A stretch of 48,452 nt of DNA, counting the filler, from Trypethelium eluteriae (lineage: Eukaryota), in NCBI GenBank assembly GCA_051942245.1. It is 2 parts of 2 records of this genome, joined end to end, with 100 filler letters (N's around TTAATTAATTAA, not from the genome) between each part and the next. Parts side by side here need not be neighbours in the genome. Positions count along the whole stretch, not along the records: positions 24,302 to 48,452 come from JAVECL010000407.1; 1 more part is not named here. The stretch is one strand, 5' to 3'. The first letter of the stretch is position 1; every line of letters starts with the position of its first letter. Both the position numbers and the translations under genes were made by a program. Below, in pieces: positions 44,797 to 48,452 of this stretch. The notes under the pieces are model-generated. The model worked only from the letters and a program-made list of their open reading frames with translations, made no database searches and had not been told where the DNA came from.

Positions 44797-46417
44797 ATTG
44801 TCCGCATTATCGAATTGTCTTTTATTATTTCCAAATACCTTGAACCCTAGTAAGTTCTAGAGACCGGCGCAGACAACTTCAGCCTTGCTCGTTGGATGAA
44901 GCATATCTCTGACGGGGACCCGCAGTTATACGGATTAGAGGGTGGAAGATGGGGGTGTGATGCCTGTTGGTCGATCGCAGCTAGTATCCCTTCTATGGCT
45001 GCCGCAGGCTGTTGCGCACAGATCACGTTTTGTAGGTGCTGATATCACATGATATATGATCCGTCCACAACAGCCCAGCCATACTATAGAAGGGATAGCC
45101 TACCAAGTAGCGTCGCTGACGTTACGCGCCCGCCGTATCATTGGTCTATTAGATACATAAGACGCTAGGGGTCGCACATTAGACTTCATTTTCCAGTCTT
45201 CCCAACGATTTAGCCACACTTCCCATCCGCTGTCAGATCCGTTCTTACATTTTTTGTTGATGATTAGATGCCATTTGCTGACAAATGTTCTTGTTGATTC
45301 TCGGTGTCTTCAGCAAACAGTGAGGACCTGTTTGAACAAGAAAACAGGCCACTTACTAGCAGTGATGCGCTATAAAGACGCATCGCAGCTGCTTGTTCCG
45401 CATTAAAGTATGAATCATCTAATAGATGTATCAATCATTTAGCAGCTGAGTTCTGGCACGAGCTGTGCTGGAGACCTCGCCGTCGAGCGAGAACCATGAG
45501 CCTCACCTCTTTTTCCTTCTTCGTCTACTGGCAAAATTAATAATTACATTACTTCACGTCCTATCATGCAGACTTCCCATTGCGTTACAAGAGAGACTGC
45601 AGTCTGATTGACTATGAGAAGGGGACATGTTTCTTGGAATTCAGAACATACACTCAATACCTAAGTATAATGAGTGAGTTAGAGTTTAGACAGCTATGGA
45701 CAAGCTCCACTCGCTACCCTATCTCGGTAATTTTCTGCTCTTGCCTACTACTTCTACCAAAGTTTACGCCACTTGCTCGACCAAATAGGCTCGCACAATA
45801 GCAATATACTTCTCGCATAATACGTCGCAAACTTAAATTGAGCTCTATTGCCTGAAGACCTTCCTGAGTCACATTCCCCTTTCGTTCGCGTTTCCAAGTA
45901 CTCGACACGCAATCACTCGTAGAGTAGTCACGGCTTTCAAAAGTGCTGCACTGCGGCACAATAGAAAAATGTGTCAAAACGCAGAATCTCGTTGGTCGAG
46001 CAAGGAGGAAATTTGAATGACCCCCTATCCTATTCGCACCTGAAACTAGGTTTTTTATTCCACTGTAGCTGCCTTATGCTTTAATTATTGTCTGATCTGC
46101 CATTCCTGAATAGAATTGTGAGGATGTTATTGTCCTCGCCCAACCCCCCGAAACGTCCACTCACACATTTCAATGTCACAACCTCCTCAAACTTTCCATA
46201 AAACTCCTACTTTTCCAGCCATTCAAGATCCTCTCCCTTTCTCCATTCTTCTTTTACCCAGATCATACTCTACGACGATTCCCAACTTTTCCAACCATTC
46301 AAAATCCTCTCCCTTTCTCCATTCTTCTTTTGCCCCGATTCCACTCTACCACGATTCCCAACTTTTATCAAAGCAGTCTCCTCTATAAGAGACCTCGAAA
46401 CGCCTCAACGAAGAATC

Positions 46418-48452
46418 ATGTCTTCGAATAACTTCTTCCCACCCTCCGCAAACCAAGACCTGTTGGGGTCGCAGGACGCGACCACAAACCAATTCATCCT
46501 CGGCCAACAGAACTACAATTACAACTACAATATGTACGACCAATGGCCGTTAAACATGGCCACAAATCAAAGCAGCCGTAGCCACCAGAATAATCCCCAG
46601 CACCCCACTACGTACAGCCAGAGGCCGCAGAACGTGGCCCCAAACCAGGTCAATAGCGGTTACCAGAGCAATGTCCAGCAGTACAATACGTACAATCCGG
46701 GGCTGCAACCTTCTGCATTTCAAGGTCAACAGCGAAATGCTTCCACAAACGGGGCCTTTTACACACCAACCCCGGTGCAAACGCAGCCGCAGCCACAGCA
46801 TCCCCAGCCTTCGAGGAACAATCTGCATGGAGTCCAAGGCCAAGGGGCTCCTCAATTTGAGGAGAGAGTACGAGCGATCCAGGCGAAGGCAATGTACTGG
46901 CACAATAGATGCATGGCCTCGGAAAAGAGGGAAGCGAACTACCACGCTCAACTCCAGGACCTCCTTCAACAAGGCCTTAGACTCCGACAGAGGCAGCAGG
47001 CCTTCGAGAGTCTGGAAAATCAGAACTTGCGCCTGACGCAGTATGTCGAGGTGCTGGAGATGAGACTAAGGAGCGTCGAGAAGCAACAGCAACCTCCCCC
47101 CATGGGTACACAGACCCCAGCCATGACTCCCCAGACGCCAATTCGGGATACTTTGCTGCAGCCGTCCCATGGCACGCCATCGCTCGATCATCTCCTTGCG
47201 ACGCACACGCCCACAAGGACATCAGCAGCTCCCACCAGGTATACTCGACAAGCCTCTACGACGCCAGCTATACAGGCGGCACAAAACATGGCCAGGACCG
47301 CAGCTACGGGGCCGCTCATTGTTACCCCCTCACCAGCAACTGAGGCCATCGTTATACCACCGACTCCAACTCTGGGGTCTCCAGGCTCATCAGGCTCTCC
47401 AATTGAGCCTATCGTCATCCCAGACGACAACCGTGACACCGCCAGCGAAGTGGAAGTCGTCTATCCGAACCTCACAACCGAAACCTCCGCTACGCCCTCG
47501 GAAATTAACGGCAACAGCGATGACAACAACAATAACACCACTGCTGCTGCTGCTGCTCCTGCTGCTGCTCCTGCTTCTGCTCCTGCTACCGCTACCGCCA
47601 CCGCTACCGCTCCCAGCGGCGCCGCAAGTGCTCCTCGGAAGCGCGATGTCCGTTCAATGTACTGGGCTTGTTCGAACCAAAGCCTCGCCAAAATGCTCAA
47701 CGACCCACGAGGCCGCATCGACCAGAGCACGAACCCTCACCATCCCTCGTACGACCCAGAGGCGAGAAAGCGGAAGGCTCCAATGGAAGAGCTCGCGAAG
47801 CGGCACAAGGCGGCGGAGGCAGCCAAGCGGCGAAAAATGATTTCGCCTCCTACTACTGCCGCCACATCTCCTGCCACTGCAGCTTCTCCTCCTGCTGGAG
47901 CATCCCCCCCCGCCACTTCTGGCATCGCCTCTGCCTCTGCCTCTGCCGCCACTCCCGCAGTCAAAGACACAGGGGGTGCCCCCCAAGAGCAGAAGACCGC
48001 AGAGCAGCAACAGCAGCAGCAGCAGCAGCCCGCAGAGCCGCAGCCCGAAGCCACCGTCTACCACTTCTCTCCGACACCCTCGCCATCACCTCCACCACCA
48101 CCAGAGACTCGGGGAGGCCCCCAGGGCACCGACGCGGCGGCTGCGCCGGCGAAGGACATCCCGTGTCTGAGGGGCCCCTCGCGGGAGGAGGTGGAGGCGC
48201 GGAGGAAGAGGCAGGCGGAGGAGGCGCGGGCGCATGAGGAGTACATGGAGGAGTGCAGGAGGTCTCGCGCGGCGGAGGCGGAGACGCGGAGGCGGAGGAG
48301 GGAGGAGAGGGAGCGGAGGGAGGAGCTGGAGAGGGAGTTGTTTGAGGGGAGTCCGGAGCCGGAGCTCGGGCTGCGGGGTGCCGAGGGGGAAGAGGAGGAG
48401 ATTTCTCGGGGGTCGGAGGCTGCGGGTGGGGGTGGTGGTGATGATGATGAGG
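46418..48452 (+). CDS. Uncharacterised low-complexity protein, >678 aa, 3'-partial (not in the ORF track because it has no stop in the window)
   Basis: I read one uninterrupted frame from ATG 46418 to the window end: Q/N/Y-rich N-terminus, coiled coil, P/T/A-rich middle, basic cluster and E/R-rich helix. Confidence 0.7.
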   Translation, partial: MSSNNFFPPSANQDLLGSQDATTNQFILGQQNYNYNYNMYDQWPLNMATNQSSRSHQNNPQHPTTYSQRPQNVAPNQVNSGYQSNVQQYNTYNPGLQPSAFQGQQRNASTNGAFYTPTPVQTQPQPQHPQPSRNNLHGVQGQGAPQFEERVRAIQAKAMYWHNRCMASEKREANYHAQLQDLLQQGLRLRQRQQAFESLENQNLRLTQYVEVLEMRLRSVEKQQQPPPMGTQTPAMTPQTPIRDTLLQPSHGTPSLDHLLATHTPTRTSAAPTRYTRQASTTPAIQAAQNMARTAATGPLIVTPSPATEAIVIPPTPTLGSPGSSGSPIEPIVIPDDNRDTASEVEVVYPNLTTETSATPSEINGNSDDNNNNTTAAAAAPAAAPASAPATATATATAPSGAASAPRKRDVRSMYWACSNQSLAKMLNDPRGRIDQSTNPHHPSYDPEARKRKAPMEELAKRHKAAEAAKRRKMISPPTTAATSPATAASPPAGASPPATSGIASASASAATPAVKDTGGAPQEQKTAEQQQQQQQQPAEPQPEATVYHFSPTPSPSPPPPPETRGGPQGTDAAAAPAKDIPCLRGPSREEVEARRKRQAEEARAHEEYMEECRRSRAAEAETRRRRREERERREELERELFEGSPEPELGLRGAEGEEEEISRGSEAAGGGGGDDDE
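47543..47611 (+). repeat. Imperfect (GCT)n/(GCTACC)n coding microsatellite (poly-Ala, Ala-Thr)
   Basis: Directly visible tandem triplets and hexamers. Confidence 0.85.
48005..48028 (+). repeat. (CAG)n poly-Gln tract (8 Q)
   Basis: CAG CAA (CAG)6 in frame with the orphan ORF. Confidence 0.85.

Noticed and set aside
1..48452. Transposons, tRNA/rRNA genes, CRISPR arrays, secondary-metabolite backbone genes, stwintrons
   Set aside because: By eye I found no transposase/RT, LTR/TIR, cloverleaf, rRNA, repeat-spacer or PKS/NRPS signal. All complete gene models closed with simple introns.

Overview
Gene-dense window from a filamentous ascomycete (Pezizomycotina): short GT-AG introns with CTRAY branch sites and one 100-nt scaffold gap. 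I reconstructed spliced models by hand, and the exon sums of all complete multi-exon models are divisible by 3. Genes found: LAS17/WASP (3' end), POP1, fumarase, SMC5, MPC2, a fasciclin protein, glutamate decarboxylase, cryptochrome DASH, an MFS hexose transporter, KGD4/MRPS36, MED18, TRAPPC2L, complex I PSST (NDUFS7), RPL31, a mitochondrial carrier, a Cys-rich GPI protein, acyl-CoA oxidase, a YCII protein, LST8 and a long low-complexity orphan ORF that runs off the window. Four observations stand out. (1) A full-length but divergent U2 snRNA gene (~34149-34356) has changes next to the branch-recognition sequence, in the stem I loop and at the Sm site. (2) The last intron of the PSST gene, 1.6 kb away, appears to be AT-AC (ATAAGT...AAC), although Dikarya are reported to lack the minor spliceosome. 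(3) A decayed sugar-transporter pseudogene (~1237-2280) is truncated next to (4) a secreted protein with a CNF1/BLF1-like LxGC deamidase motif whose expected catalytic His is Asn. Identifications rest on recalled motifs; no database search was run.
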